In this document: in pieces, positions 40,450-49,900 of the stretch
How positions within the stretch are numbered: the first letter of the stretch is position 1
Layout of the letters: every line of letters starts with the position of its first letter
The notes under the pieces: generated by a model
Databases searched by the model: none
What the model was told of the DNA's origin: nothing
The model's input: the letters and a program-made list of their open reading frames with translations, nothing else
Position numbers and translations under genes: made by a program
Assembly: GCA_963758635.1 (NCBI GenBank)
Contig: CAVWWD010000003.1
Location: 1 to 64,000 of the forward strand
Length of the DNA: 64,000 bases
Direction of reading: 5' to 3'
DNA from: an uncultured Candidatus Rokubacteria bacterium
GTDB lineage: Bacteria > Methylomirabilota > Methylomirabilia > Rokubacteriales > CSP1-6

Positions 40450-41745
40450 GTGACGATCCTCGCGAGAGCCGCCCTCGCCCTCGGGCCGCTCGCCGCCGCG
40501 TGCCTCCTCGCCCTCGCCGGGTGCGCGGAGCGCCCGGCGCCGCCGGGCCCGGTCACGCTGGTCTTCAAGCACGCCAAGATCCTCGGCCCGATGGATCCCG
40601 TGCCCGGGCTCATCGCCGAGTTCGAGGCCGCGCACCCGGGGGTCCGCGTGAAGGCCGAGACGCTGCCGTGGAGCTCGGACGAGCAGCGGCAGTTCCTGGT
40701 CATCAACCTCGAGGGCGGCCGCCCGGGTTTCGACGTGATGATGCTGGACTGCATCTGGGTGCCGGAGTTCGCGCGCGCGGGCTGGCTCGCCGACCTGTCG
40801 GCCGCGGTCGGCCGCGACGAGCTGAACGCTTATTTCCCCTCCGCGGTGGATGCGGGCACGTTCGCGGGCCGCGTCTGGGCGCTTCCGTGGATGATGAACG
40901 TGGGCCTCCTCTACTACCGCTCCGACCTCCTCGCGCGCCACGGCTTCGGCCCGCCGGAGACGTACGACCAGATGGTCACGCAGATCCGCGTCATCAGGGA
41001 GCGGGAACGGGCGCCGCGCCTGGACGGCTACCTGTGGCAAGGCAAGCAGTACGAGGGGCTGACCGTGAACGCACTCGAGGCGCTCTGGGCCGCGGGCACC
41101 ACGGTGATCGACGAGAGCGGCCGGGTGTTCCCGGACCCCGAGCGCGCCGTCCGCGCGCTGGGCTTTCTCCGCATGCTGATCGAGACGGGGCTCTCGCCGG
41201 CCTGGGTCACCGCGGCCGACGAGGAGAGCACGCGCCGCGCCTTCGGCAACGGCGAGGCCGTGTTCCTGCGGAGCTGGCCCTACGCCGCCGATCTCTTCGA
41301 GCTGCCGGGCTCCGCGGTGCGCGGGAAGGTGGGCATCGCCCGGCTGCCGCGTCACGCCGGAGGCGACCGCGGCTGGGGATCGACGGGCGGCTCGCACCTC
41401 GCGGTGAGCCGAGGCACGCGCCATCCGACGGAGGCGGCGGCGCTGGCGCGCTTCCTCACCGGCGAGCGGGCGCAGCGGGCCATGACGGAGACGGGCGCGA
41501 TCAAGCCCACGTGGCGGTCGCTCTACCACGATCCGGCTCTGGTCGCCCGGTTCCCGAAGCTGCCGCTCATCCACGACCTCACGCTCGCGGGACGGCCGCG
41601 GCCGGTGACGCCCTTCTACGTGATGCTCTCGGTCTCCCTCCAGCCCGAGCTGTCCGCCGCGCTCGTCGGCGTGAAGACGCCGGCCCGGAGCGTGGCCGAT
41701 GCGCGGCGCCGGCTCGAGTTCCTGCTCCGGGGGGTGAGCGGATGA
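40450..41745 (+). CDS. carbohydrate ABC transporter substrate-binding lipoprotein
   Basis: lipobox LAGC; DVMMLDCIWVPEFA, GLLYYRSDLL, QGKQYEGL, RPRPVTPFY. Confidence 0.88.
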   Translation: MTILARAALALGPLAAACLLALAGCAERPAPPGPVTLVFKHAKILGPMDPVPGLIAEFEAAHPGVRVKAETLPWSSDEQRQFLVINLEGGRPGFDVMMLDCIWVPEFARAGWLADLSAAVGRDELNAYFPSAVDAGTFAGRVWALPWMMNVGLLYYRSDLLARHGFGPPETYDQMVTQIRVIRERERAPRLDGYLWQGKQYEGLTVNALEALWAAGTTVIDESGRVFPDPERAVRALGFLRMLIETGLSPAWVTAADEESTRRAFGNGEAVFLRSWPYAADLFELPGSAVRGKVGIARLPRHAGGDRGWGSTGGSHLAVSRGTRHPTEAAALARFLTGERAQRAMTETGAIKPTWRSLYHDPALVARFPKLPLIHDLTLAGRPRPVTPFYVMLSVSLQPELSAALVGVKTPARSVADARRRLEFLLRGVSG

Positions 41746-42602
41746 CCGCCCGGCGCGCCGAGGGCGTGTGGCTGGTCGCCCCCGCGCTGCTCGTGCTCGG
41801 CGCGCTCACCGCTTATCCGACCGTCTGGGTCCTGTGGCTCTCCCTGCAGCGCCGCGTGCCCATCTTCGGGATCGATCGCTTCGAGGGGCTCGGCAACTTC
41901 CGCTTCCTTCTCGAGGACACGCGCTTCTGGAACGCCGCGGCCGTCACGCTGATCTACACCGCCGCGTCGATCGCGCTGGAGCTGGCGGGCGGCCTCCTCG
42001 TGGCCCTGGCGCTCCGCGAGCAGCGGACGGGGCGGCGGCTCGCGCTCTCGCTGCTGCTCCTGGCGTGGGCGCTGCCCGCGGTGGTGACGGCGAAGCTCTT
42101 CGAGTGGCTCTACAACCCCTCGGCGGGGCTCGTGAACTACGCGCTCGGCGGAGCGGCCCTCAACTGGCTGGGCGATCCGCGTCTGGCCCTGCCCGGCGTG
42201 GTCCTCGCCGACGTGTGGCGCACGCTGCCCTTCGTGGCGCTGCTCTGCTACGCGAGGCTGGCGTCGATTCCCGCCGAGCTCTACGAGGCGGCGGCCATCG
42301 ACGGGGCCGGCCGGCTCGCCGGGTTCTGGCGCATCACGCTGCCGCTGACCCGCCAGATCCTGCTGATCGCGCTCCTGTTCCGCTCCCTCGACGCGCTCCG
42401 CGCCTTCGATCTGCCGTTCGTCCTGACCGGCGGCGGGCCGGCGGGCACCACGGAGACGCTCACGGTCTACGCCTACCGGAGCCTCTTCCAGACGCTCCAG
42501 CTCGGGCTGGGCTCGGCGGTGGGCGTGGTGGTGTTCGCGCTCGTGATGCTCGTGGCGTGGGGCTACCTGCGCGTGCTGCGCCGCGAGGGCCTGGCGGCGT
42601 GA
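41742..42602 (+). CDS. carbohydrate ABC transporter permease 1
   Basis: ATGA overlap; ADVWRTLPF, IPAELYEAAAIDGA, LTGGGPAGTTE. Confidence 0.9.
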   Translation: MTARRAEGVWLVAPALLVLGALTAYPTVWVLWLSLQRRVPIFGIDRFEGLGNFRFLLEDTRFWNAAAVTLIYTAASIALELAGGLLVALALREQRTGRRLALSLLLLAWALPAVVTAKLFEWLYNPSAGLVNYALGGAALNWLGDPRLALPGVVLADVWRTLPFVALLCYARLASIPAELYEAAAIDGAGRLAGFWRITLPLTRQILLIALLFRSLDALRAFDLPFVLTGGGPAGTTETLTVYAYRSLFQTLQLGLGSAVGVVVFALVMLVAWGYLRVLRREGLAA

Positions 42603-43455
42603 GGCGGCGGCCGGGCCTGGTCGCGTGACCTCGCCGTGCTGGCGGGCCTCGCCGTCTACGCCATGCCGTTCTTCTGGCAGGTCCTGACCTCGCTCAAGCC
42701 CGAGGCCGAGCTGATGGTGCTGCCGCCGCTCTTCCCGAGCCGGCTCACCCTCGAGCACTACCAGGTGGTGCTCGAGAAGAGCGTGATGCTCCGCGCGATG
42801 GTGAACAGCCTCGGCGTCGGCGCCCTCACCACGGCATTCGCGCTCGCGCTCGGCGTCGCCGCGGCGTACGGGCTCGCGCGCTTACCACGTGCCCGCCAAG
42901 GGGCTCATCCTGCTCGTGGTGGTCGCCGGCACCGCCTTCCCGCAGATCGCCACCGTGAGCCCGCTCTACCTCCTGATGCGCGCGCTCGGGCTGCGCGACA
43001 CGTGGCTCGCCCTCGTCCTGGCCAACACGTCGTTCGCGCTGCCCCTGGTCATCTGGCTCCTGGTGGGCTTCATCCGCGAGATCCCGGTGGAGCTCGAGCA
43101 GGCCGCGGCGGTGGACGGCGCGGGACGCGGACAGACGTTCCGCTGGGTGACGCTGCCGCTGCTGGCGCCCGGCCTCGGCTCGGCCGCGCTGCTCACGTTC
43201 CTCTTCTCGTGGAACGAGTTCCTGTTCGCCTACACGTTCACGGCCACGGAGGCCAGCCGCACCGTTCCCGTCGCCCTCGCGCTCTTCCCCGGCGTGTTCG
43301 AGGTGCCGTGGGGCGACATCGCGGCCGCGTCGATCCTGGCGAGCCTGCCGCCGGTGGCGCTCGTGGTGGGGCTGCAGCGCTACCTCGTCCGGGACTCCTG
43401 GCGGGGCGCTCCGCGAGTAGAGGCGCGCGAGCGCGGCGCGTGCGCGCGACGGTGA
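42599..43455 (+). CDS. carbohydrate ABC transporter permease 2, frameshifted
   Basis: PFFWQVLTSLKPE; IPVELEQAAAVDGA, FSWNEFLFA, PWGDIAAAS; ends approximate. Confidence 0.85.
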
Positions 43456-43578
43456 CGGCGCGGCCACGCTTGACTGGCGTCCGGCCTGGGCCCGGCACGA
43501 ATCCGGATGGGCGTACCGGATGAGTCCGCCGCCCGACGAGTCCGTCCTTCATTCCCACCGAGCCATAGGAGGAAGCCA

Positions 43579-44059
43579 ATGGGTGCCCGAGGAGAAGCGC
43601 TTGCCAAGCAGTTCGAGGCCAAGGCGGCGGAGTTCACCGCCGCGATCGAGAAGCTGTCCGACGCGGACTGGAAGAAGGTGACCACGGCCGAGAAGTGGTC
43701 GGTCGGCGTGACCGCGCACCACGTGGCCGGGGCGCACGAGCCCATCTCGAACATCGTGAAGACCCTCTCGGCGGGGCAGTCGATCCCCGGGTTCACGATG
43801 CCGATGCTCGATGAGATGAACGCCAAGCACGCGAAGGACTTCGCCAACGTCACGAAGGCGGAGACGCTCGACATCCACAAGAAGGGCGTCGCCACCGCGG
43901 CGGCCGTTGTGCGCGGGATCGCCGATGCAGACTTCGACAAGAGCGGGAGTGGCGCTCACCGGCATGCCGCCGCTGTCCGCCCAGCAGGCCGTCGAGGGCA
44001 TCCTCGTCAACCACATCAACGAGCACCTGGGCAGCATCCGCGCCACGGTCGGGAGCTGA
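43579..44059 (+). CDS. DinB/YfiT-like four-helix protein, frameshift near 43950
   Basis: AGGAGG RBS; WSVGVTAHHVA..; NHINEHLGSIRA in the second frame. Confidence 0.75.
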
Positions 44060-44065
44060 GCCGAC

Positions 44066-44972
44066 ATGACCACGACCGCCCGGGTGGGGTTCATCGGGCT
44101 CGGCACCATGGGCATGCCCATGGCCACGAACCTCGCCCGGGCGGGCGTCGCGCTGTCGGTGCACGATGCGAGCCCGGCTGCCCAGGCCGCGGCGGGCCAA
44201 CTGTCCGGCGCGCGCGTGGCCGGCTCGCCGAGCCAGGTCGCGGGCGAGTCCGACGTGGTCTTCACCTGCCTGCCCAACGACGACATCGTCCGACGCGTGT
44301 ACCTGGGGGCGGACGGGCTCGGGGCGGCGGGCGCGGCCAGGGCTCGTGACCTGCGACTGCTCCACGGTGAGCCCCGAGGCCACGGTCGAGGTGGCGGCGG
44401 GCATGCGCGAGCGCGGCTCCGTGCACATGGACACGCCGATGCTCGGCTCGGAGCCCCAGGCCGTGTCGGGCGAGATCTTCTTCATCGTGGGCGGCGACGC
44501 CTCCGCGCTGCCGGCCATCGCGCCGTATCTCTCGATCATGGGGCGACTCCACATGTTCGTGGGCGGCCCCGGCATGGCGAACCGCGTGAAGCTCCTCCAC
44601 AACGGGCTCGCCGCCGTCACCTCCGTGGCGGTGGCCGAGGCGCTCGGCGTGTGCGTGCAGTCCGGCGTGGATCCCACCACGTTCTACGAGGTGGTGCGAA
44701 ACGGCGGCGGCATGGCGTTCGGCACGTACTTCGACCGGCGGGTCAAGCGCATGATCGACGGGGAATGGTCGCCCACGTTCATGCTCGAGCTGATGCGCAA
44801 GGACGCCACGCTCGCCCTGGCCCTCGCGCGCTCCGTGAAGGTGCCGGTGCCCATCCTGGAGGAGACCAAGCGCACGTACGACGAGGCGGTGGACAAGGGA
44901 TGGGGCAAGCAGGACTTCTCCGCCGTCACCCACGTGGTGGAGTCGCGCATCGGGCGCCCGCTGTCGGGATGA
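44066..44972 (+). CDS. 3-hydroxyisobutyrate dehydrogenase-like NAD(P)-dependent oxidoreductase, frameshift near 44330
   Basis: VGFIGLGTMGMPMA.NL, DCSTVSP, VKLLHN, F.LELMRKD, QDFSAV. Confidence 0.9.
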
Positions 44973-45044
44973 CGCGCGTCGTCCGTCGGGTGGCGCGTCG
45001 CCGTGGCCGTCCGCGATGATGCGTCCCGGCGTGGTCCGGCGGGC

Positions 45045-46037
45045 ATGACCCGCATCGGCGTGGCGTTCACCGGCGGCCTCACGCCGGGCAACGTCGTCGA
45101 GTGCGTCCGTCTCGCCGAGGAGCTGGGCTACGAGTCGGCGTGGGTGGCCGAGGGGCACGGCGGCGACCAGTTCGCCATCCTCGCCGCATGCGCCACCGCC
45201 ACGTCGCGGATCCGCCTCGGCACCGCCATCTCCAGCGTGTTCGTGCGCAGCGCGCCCACCATCGCCATGGCCGCCGCCACCGTGGATCACCTCTCCGGCG
45301 GCCGGTTCGTGCTGGGCCTCGGCTCGAGCCACCGCGTGCAGGTGGAGCCCGAGCACGGGATCCCGTTCGAGCGGCCCATCGAGCGGCTGCGCGAGACCGT
45401 CGACGTGGTGCGGGCCCTCCTGCGCGACGGCACGGTGTCCCACGTCGGCGCCGCCGTCACCATCGAGCGCTTCGACTTCTGGTTCCCTCCGCTCCGGCGG
45501 GAGATCCCGATCTACCTCGCCGCGCTGTTCCCGCCGCTCCTGCAGGCGGCGGGAGAGCTCGCGCAGGGCGTGCTGCTCACGTGGAGCACGCTCGAGGCCG
45601 GGCGGCGCGCGCGCGATAACGTCGCCATCGGCGCGCGGCGCGCGGGACGGAAGCCGGAGGACGTGGACATCGCCTCGCTCCTGCCCTGCCACGTGGCGGC
45701 GAGCCGTGAGGAGGCGGTGGCGCGCCTGCGCCCGTCGGTGGCCCTCTACGGCGGGTTCTTCCCGCGCTACAACCGGCTGCTCGCGGAGAACGGCTTCCCC
45801 GAGGCCGCGCGCGCCATCCGCGCGGCGTGGGAGCGCGGCGACCGCGAGGCCGCGGCGCGCGCGGTCCCCGACGAGATGGTCGAGGCCGTCGCGGTCGTGG
45901 GGACGGCCGCCGAGTGTCGCGCGCGCGTGGAGGCGTATCGCGCCGCCGGCCTCGATCTGCCGATCCTGAGCCCGCGAGTGAGCGGTTCCGACGGCAAGGC
46001 CTCGGTCATGGCCGCCATTCGCGCCTGCGCCCCGTAG
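45045..46037 (+). CDS. LLM class flavin/F420-dependent oxidoreductase
   Basis: AEELGYESAWVAE, TSRIRLGTAI, LSGGRFVLGLG. Confidence 0.9.
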   Translation: MTRIGVAFTGGLTPGNVVECVRLAEELGYESAWVAEGHGGDQFAILAACATATSRIRLGTAISSVFVRSAPTIAMAAATVDHLSGGRFVLGLGSSHRVQVEPEHGIPFERPIERLRETVDVVRALLRDGTVSHVGAAVTIERFDFWFPPLRREIPIYLAALFPPLLQAAGELAQGVLLTWSTLEAGRRARDNVAIGARRAGRKPEDVDIASLLPCHVAASREEAVARLRPSVALYGGFFPRYNRLLAENGFPEAARAIRAAWERGDREAAARAVPDEMVEAVAVVGTAAECRARVEAYRAAGLDLPILSPRVSGSDGKASVMAAIRACAP

Positions 46038-46049
46038 TCCCCACGACCT

Positions 46050-46176
46050 GCAGGCTGCCGAGAAGGGTCCAGCTGCGAGGCGGCGCCCGAGGACCGCACG
46101 CGAGGCGTAGTCTCTCTACGTTGAGCGTGCGGCCGAGGGCGCCAACGAAGCAGATGGGCCCTTATCGGCAGCCTGC
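46050..46176. mobile_element. 127-bp palindromic MITE/REP-like element between convergent genes
   Basis: ends GCAGGCTGCCGAGAAGGGTCCAGCTGC and GCAGATGGGCCCTTATCGGCAGCCTGC are imperfect inverted repeats; interior also self-complementary; abuts the SDR stop codon. Confidence 0.65.
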
Positions 46177-46943
46177 TAGAGCGCGATGGACAGGCCGGCG
46201 TCCACCGTGATGACCTGCCCGGTGATGTAGGAGGCGGCGTCCGAGGCCAGGAAGATGGCCGCGCCCACCAGCTCGTCGGGCCGGCCGAAGCGCTGGAGCG
46301 GGATGCGCCGGGCCAGGTCCTGCGCGCGAGGCTCGGCGAAGAACCCGGCGTTGATCTCGGTCCGGATGAAGCCGGGGGCGATGGCGTTCGCGGCGATGCC
46401 GCTGGGACCGAGCTCCACGGCGAGCGCACGCACCAGCGCCTCGAGTCCGCCCTTCGACGCGACGTACGCCGGATCGCCCTGGAACGACTGCTGGCCCACC
46501 ATGGACGAGATGAACACGAGACGGCCCTGACCGCGCGCCGTCATGTGCCGCGCAGCCAGACGGGACAGCTCGTACTGCGCGACCAGGTTGGTCTCGATGA
46601 GCCGCCGGAACGCGTCGGCGGTGATGTCGGCCAGCGGGCGCCGGTCCCGCACCCCCGCGTTGCCGACCAGGCAGTCCAGGCGGCCGTGGCGTGTGGCGAT
46701 CGTGTCGATGGCCGCCGCGGCGGCGGCGAGGTCGGTGATGTCGAACGCGGCCGGGAAGGCGCCGGGGATCGCGCCCGCGACCTCGGCGACGCGCTCGGCG
46801 TTGCGCCCGTTGATGCCCACGATGGCGCCGGCCGCCGCCATCCCGCGCGCGATCTCGAGCCCGAGGCCGCGCGTGGCCCCGGTGACGAGCGCGACGCGCC
46901 CGGCGAGCGAGAAGCGCGCGAGGCCCGCGGCGGTCACTTCCAC
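46176..46943 (-). CDS. short-chain dehydrogenase/reductase (gluconate 5-dehydrogenase-like)
   Basis: ALVTGATRGLG, GNAG, YVASKGG, NAIAPG; start approximate. Confidence 0.9.
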   Translation of the reverse strand: MEVTAAGLARFSLAGRVALVTGATRGLGLEIARGMAAAGAIVGINGRNAERVAEVAGAIPGAFPAAFDITDLAAAAAAIDTIATRHGRLDCLVGNAGVRDRRPLADITADAFRRLIETNLVAQYELSRLAARHMTARGQGRLVFISSMVGQQSFQGDPAYVASKGGLEALVRALAVELGPSGIAANAIAPGFIRTEINAGFFAEPRAQDLARRIPLQRFGRPDELVGAAIFLASDAASYITGQVITVDAGLSIAL

Positions 46944-47067
46944 TGGCGCGCCCGGAGGGGCGCGAGCGCGACATTGAAGCCGGTCCGCTTGATTGACGCT
47001 TCGCCCACGATTCCCGGACAATAGACCACCGTTCCACCCGGCGAAAGGCAGAAATCCAGGAGGCACC

Positions 47068-48384
47068 ATGGCCACGCGCGCGCGCAAGGACTTCCCGGTC
47101 TTCGATTGCGACAGCCACGTCGTCGAGCCGCCGGCCATCTGGGACGAGTACGTGCCGGCCCGGAGCCGCGCGTGGGTGAAGACCCAGTTCTGCTTCCACA
47201 CCGACAGCGACCTGCTGTACATCAACGGCCGCGTCGTTCCCGCCGCGCGCGAGCGGTCGAACGCCGCCGAGGTGGGCTGGGCCCGGTGGGACAAGAAGGA
47301 GGTCGGCAAGCTCACCCCGGGAACGCCGGAGTGGCAGGAGCGGTTCGGCCGGCTGCTCGGCTGCCGCGACCCCCACGCGCGCCTCGCCGACATGAACGCG
47401 CTGGGCACCGACCAGGTGATGCTGTTCCCCACGTGGTTCGTGCGCCTCGCGCTCCTCCGGAACGCCGAGGCGGCGACGATCCTGGCCCGGGCCTACAACG
47501 ACTGGGTGCTCGACTACTGCGCGGCCGACCGGGAACGTCTCTTCCCCTGCGCCGTCCTGCCGCTCCAGAGCGTGGAGGCGTCGATCGCCGAGCTCACGCG
47601 GGTGGCGAAGCTCGGGTTCAAGGCCGCGGCCGTCCGCCCGTGCTTCTGGAACGGCCGGTATCCGACGCTGCCCGAGTTCGATCGGCTGTGGCGGGAGTTC
47701 GAGGACACCGGGGTCGTGCTCGCCATGCACACGTTCCCGTCCCGGGAGGCCCTCACGCCCGACTGGGGCGAGCGGATGGCCCAGGCACGCGGCCACTCCG
47801 GCCAGGGGCTGCTCTTTACCGACGAGGCCGTCGTGTACTCGCCCGGGCAGTTCGTGTCGAACATCACCGCGGCCATGGACCCCGCCATCGACGCCTCGGA
47901 GACGCTCGGTTTCCTCATGGAGGCCATGACGTGGGTGACGGTGGTGCTGCAGACGGGGTGGCTCGATCGGTTCCCGCGCCTCAAGGCCGCGGTGCTCGAG
48001 TCGAACGCCTCGTGGCTCCCCCTGGTCCTCGCGCGGTGCTCGAACTTCTCGAACCTCTTCGCGTTCCAGCGCGACAACCGCGTCATCCGCGATCCCGTCG
48101 AGGCCTTCCACGCGCGCTGCTTCATCGGCTTCGAGTCGGACGAGACGCTGGTGTACCGGCTGTGGGACGTGTTCCAGGACGTGGCGATCTGGTCCTCGGA
48201 CTATCCGCACCACGACGCGGAGGACGCGTGGGAGGGCCTCGCCCACATGGCGGAGGTGGGGGTGCCCGAGGCCGCGCAGCGGAAGCTGCTGGGCGAGAAC
48301 GCGCGCCGGCTGTACGGCATCGAGCCCCTGATGGTGGTGGGGGAGCGCATCGAGTCGCACGAGCCGGCGATCCTGCCGTGGTAG
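47068..48384 (+). CDS. amidohydrolase family 2 protein
   Basis: AGGAGG RBS; DCDSHVVEP, ARAYNDW, WSSDYPHHD, LGENARRLY. Confidence 0.9.
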   Translation: MATRARKDFPVFDCDSHVVEPPAIWDEYVPARSRAWVKTQFCFHTDSDLLYINGRVVPAARERSNAAEVGWARWDKKEVGKLTPGTPEWQERFGRLLGCRDPHARLADMNALGTDQVMLFPTWFVRLALLRNAEAATILARAYNDWVLDYCAADRERLFPCAVLPLQSVEASIAELTRVAKLGFKAAAVRPCFWNGRYPTLPEFDRLWREFEDTGVVLAMHTFPSREALTPDWGERMAQARGHSGQGLLFTDEAVVYSPGQFVSNITAAMDPAIDASETLGFLMEAMTWVTVVLQTGWLDRFPRLKAAVLESNASWLPLVLARCSNFSNLFAFQRDNRVIRDPVEAFHARCFIGFESDETLVYRLWDVFQDVAIWSSDYPHHDAEDAWEGLAHMAEVGVPEAAQRKLLGENARRLYGIEPLMVVGERIESHEPAILPW

Positions 48385-48642
48385 GGGGCTCGGCCGGGCG
48401 GGCCGCCCGCCCCGGCGCTTGGCCTCCTTGCTAGAATGGCCGGCAGGCGACAGGTGGGTGTCCCGACCTTCGCCCTGTCCGTGCCGGAGACGCTGCGGGC
48501 GATGGATCTCCTCGCCACCCACCAAGGGGCCATGTGATGACGCGAACGCTCGACCTCAGCCCGAACCGGGCCGGCCGCCGGATGGCGACGGACCCGCGCA
48601 CTCCCTGCCGCCCCGCTCAGGGCCCGGAGGCCCGCTAGGACG

Positions 48643-49347
48643 ATGCTCGAGCTCATCGCCGACCCGGAGTTCCTCGCCCGCCTCGGCACGATCATCGTCA
48701 TCGACCTGCTGCTCGCGGGCGACAACGCGCTGGTGATCGCGCTCGCCGTGCGCTCGCTGCCCCCGCGGCAGCAGTTCTACGGGCGCATCTTCGGCACGGC
48801 AGGCGCCGTCGTCCTCCGCATCGGGCTCATCACCATCACCACCATCCTGCTCGGCGTCCCGTTCCTCAAGTTCGTGGGTGGGGTCCTGCTGATCTGGATC
48901 GCGCTCAAGCTCGTGCGGCCCGACGCCGACGAGGGAGAGCACGTCAGGCAGGGCACGTCGCTCAAGAGCGCCATCTGGATCATCATGGTCGCGGACCTCG
49001 TGATGAGCCTCGACAACGTCCTCGGCGTGGCCGCGGCCGCGCACGGCGACATGAAGCTCGTCGTTCTGGGCATCGCCATCTCGATCCCGATCGTCGTCTG
49101 GGGCAGCGGCATCCTCGCGCGGCTGATGTCGCGGTTCAGGTGGATCATCTGGCTGGGCGGAGGCGTGCTCGGCTACGTGGCGGGCGAGATGGCGCTCAGC
49201 GACGACGCCGTGCGGCCCTGGGTCGGCGACGTGATCCACCGGGTCGTGCCGATCCTGCTCGGCGTCCTGCTGACCGGGCTCGGCTGGTGGCTCGCGCGCA
49301 GCCGGCCCCGCGAGGAGTCCGAGGACCGGGCCATCGCCCGGGACTGA
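48643..49347 (+). CDS. TerC/YjbE family membrane protein
   Basis: IDLLLAGDNALVIALA, ADLVMSLDNVLGVA. Confidence 0.92.
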   Translation: MLELIADPEFLARLGTIIVIDLLLAGDNALVIALAVRSLPPRQQFYGRIFGTAGAVVLRIGLITITTILLGVPFLKFVGGVLLIWIALKLVRPDADEGEHVRQGTSLKSAIWIIMVADLVMSLDNVLGVAAAAHGDMKLVVLGIAISIPIVVWGSGILARLMSRFRWIIWLGGGVLGYVAGEMALSDDAVRPWVGDVIHRVVPILLGVLLTGLGWWLARSRPREESEDRAIARD

Positions 49348-49395
49348 TCGCCCGGCTCACCCGGGCGTGGGGACGGCGCGCTACAATCGCCGATC

Positions 49396-49885
49396 ATGCG
49401 CGAGTACCACTACCGCGCCGACGCCGACGGACGCATCTTCCACGACGGCACCGAGATCGTCGATCCGGCCACGCTCCGCTTCTTCGTCCTCGCCATGCAG
49501 CAGGCGCCGGACGGCCGGTACCTGGCGCTGTGCCAGGGGGAGCGCAACTGGTTCGAGCCCGCGCTGGGCGAGGGTGACACGCCGCTGGTGGTGCAGCGGC
49601 TGCGGCTCGCCGTCGACGGACGGGCGGCTCGCCGGCGCCGAGGTCGGCCTGCCCGGCGACCACTGGGAGGCCCTCGACGCCGGCTCCCTCGAGTCCGAGC
49701 AGGGCCGGCTCTACTGCCGCGTGCGCCGCGGCGCCCTGCGGGCGCGCCTCGGTCGCGTGGCCCTCTCGCAGCTCGCGCCCTTCCTGAACGGTGACGAGGG
49801 CGCGGCGGCGCTCGCCATGGGCGGCGCGCGCCACGCCATCGTCGAGCGCGCGTCCGTGCCCGGGCGCGCGCCCGTTCCCCTCTGA
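49396..49885 (+). CDS. DUF1285-like hypothetical protein, frameshift near 49625
   Basis: ADGRIFHDGTEI..YLALCQGERNWF..DTPLVV; second frame WEALDAGSL..GRLYCRVR..ARLGR. Confidence 0.6.
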
Positions 49886-49900
49886 GGCGGGAGGCGTTCC

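Noticed and set aside
48430..48640. riboswitch (yybP-ykoY or fluoride) upstream of the TerC gene
   Set aside because: GGCGATGG..TGATG only loosely recalls the fluoride motif and I could not build the required pairings; needs an Rfam/Infernal scan.
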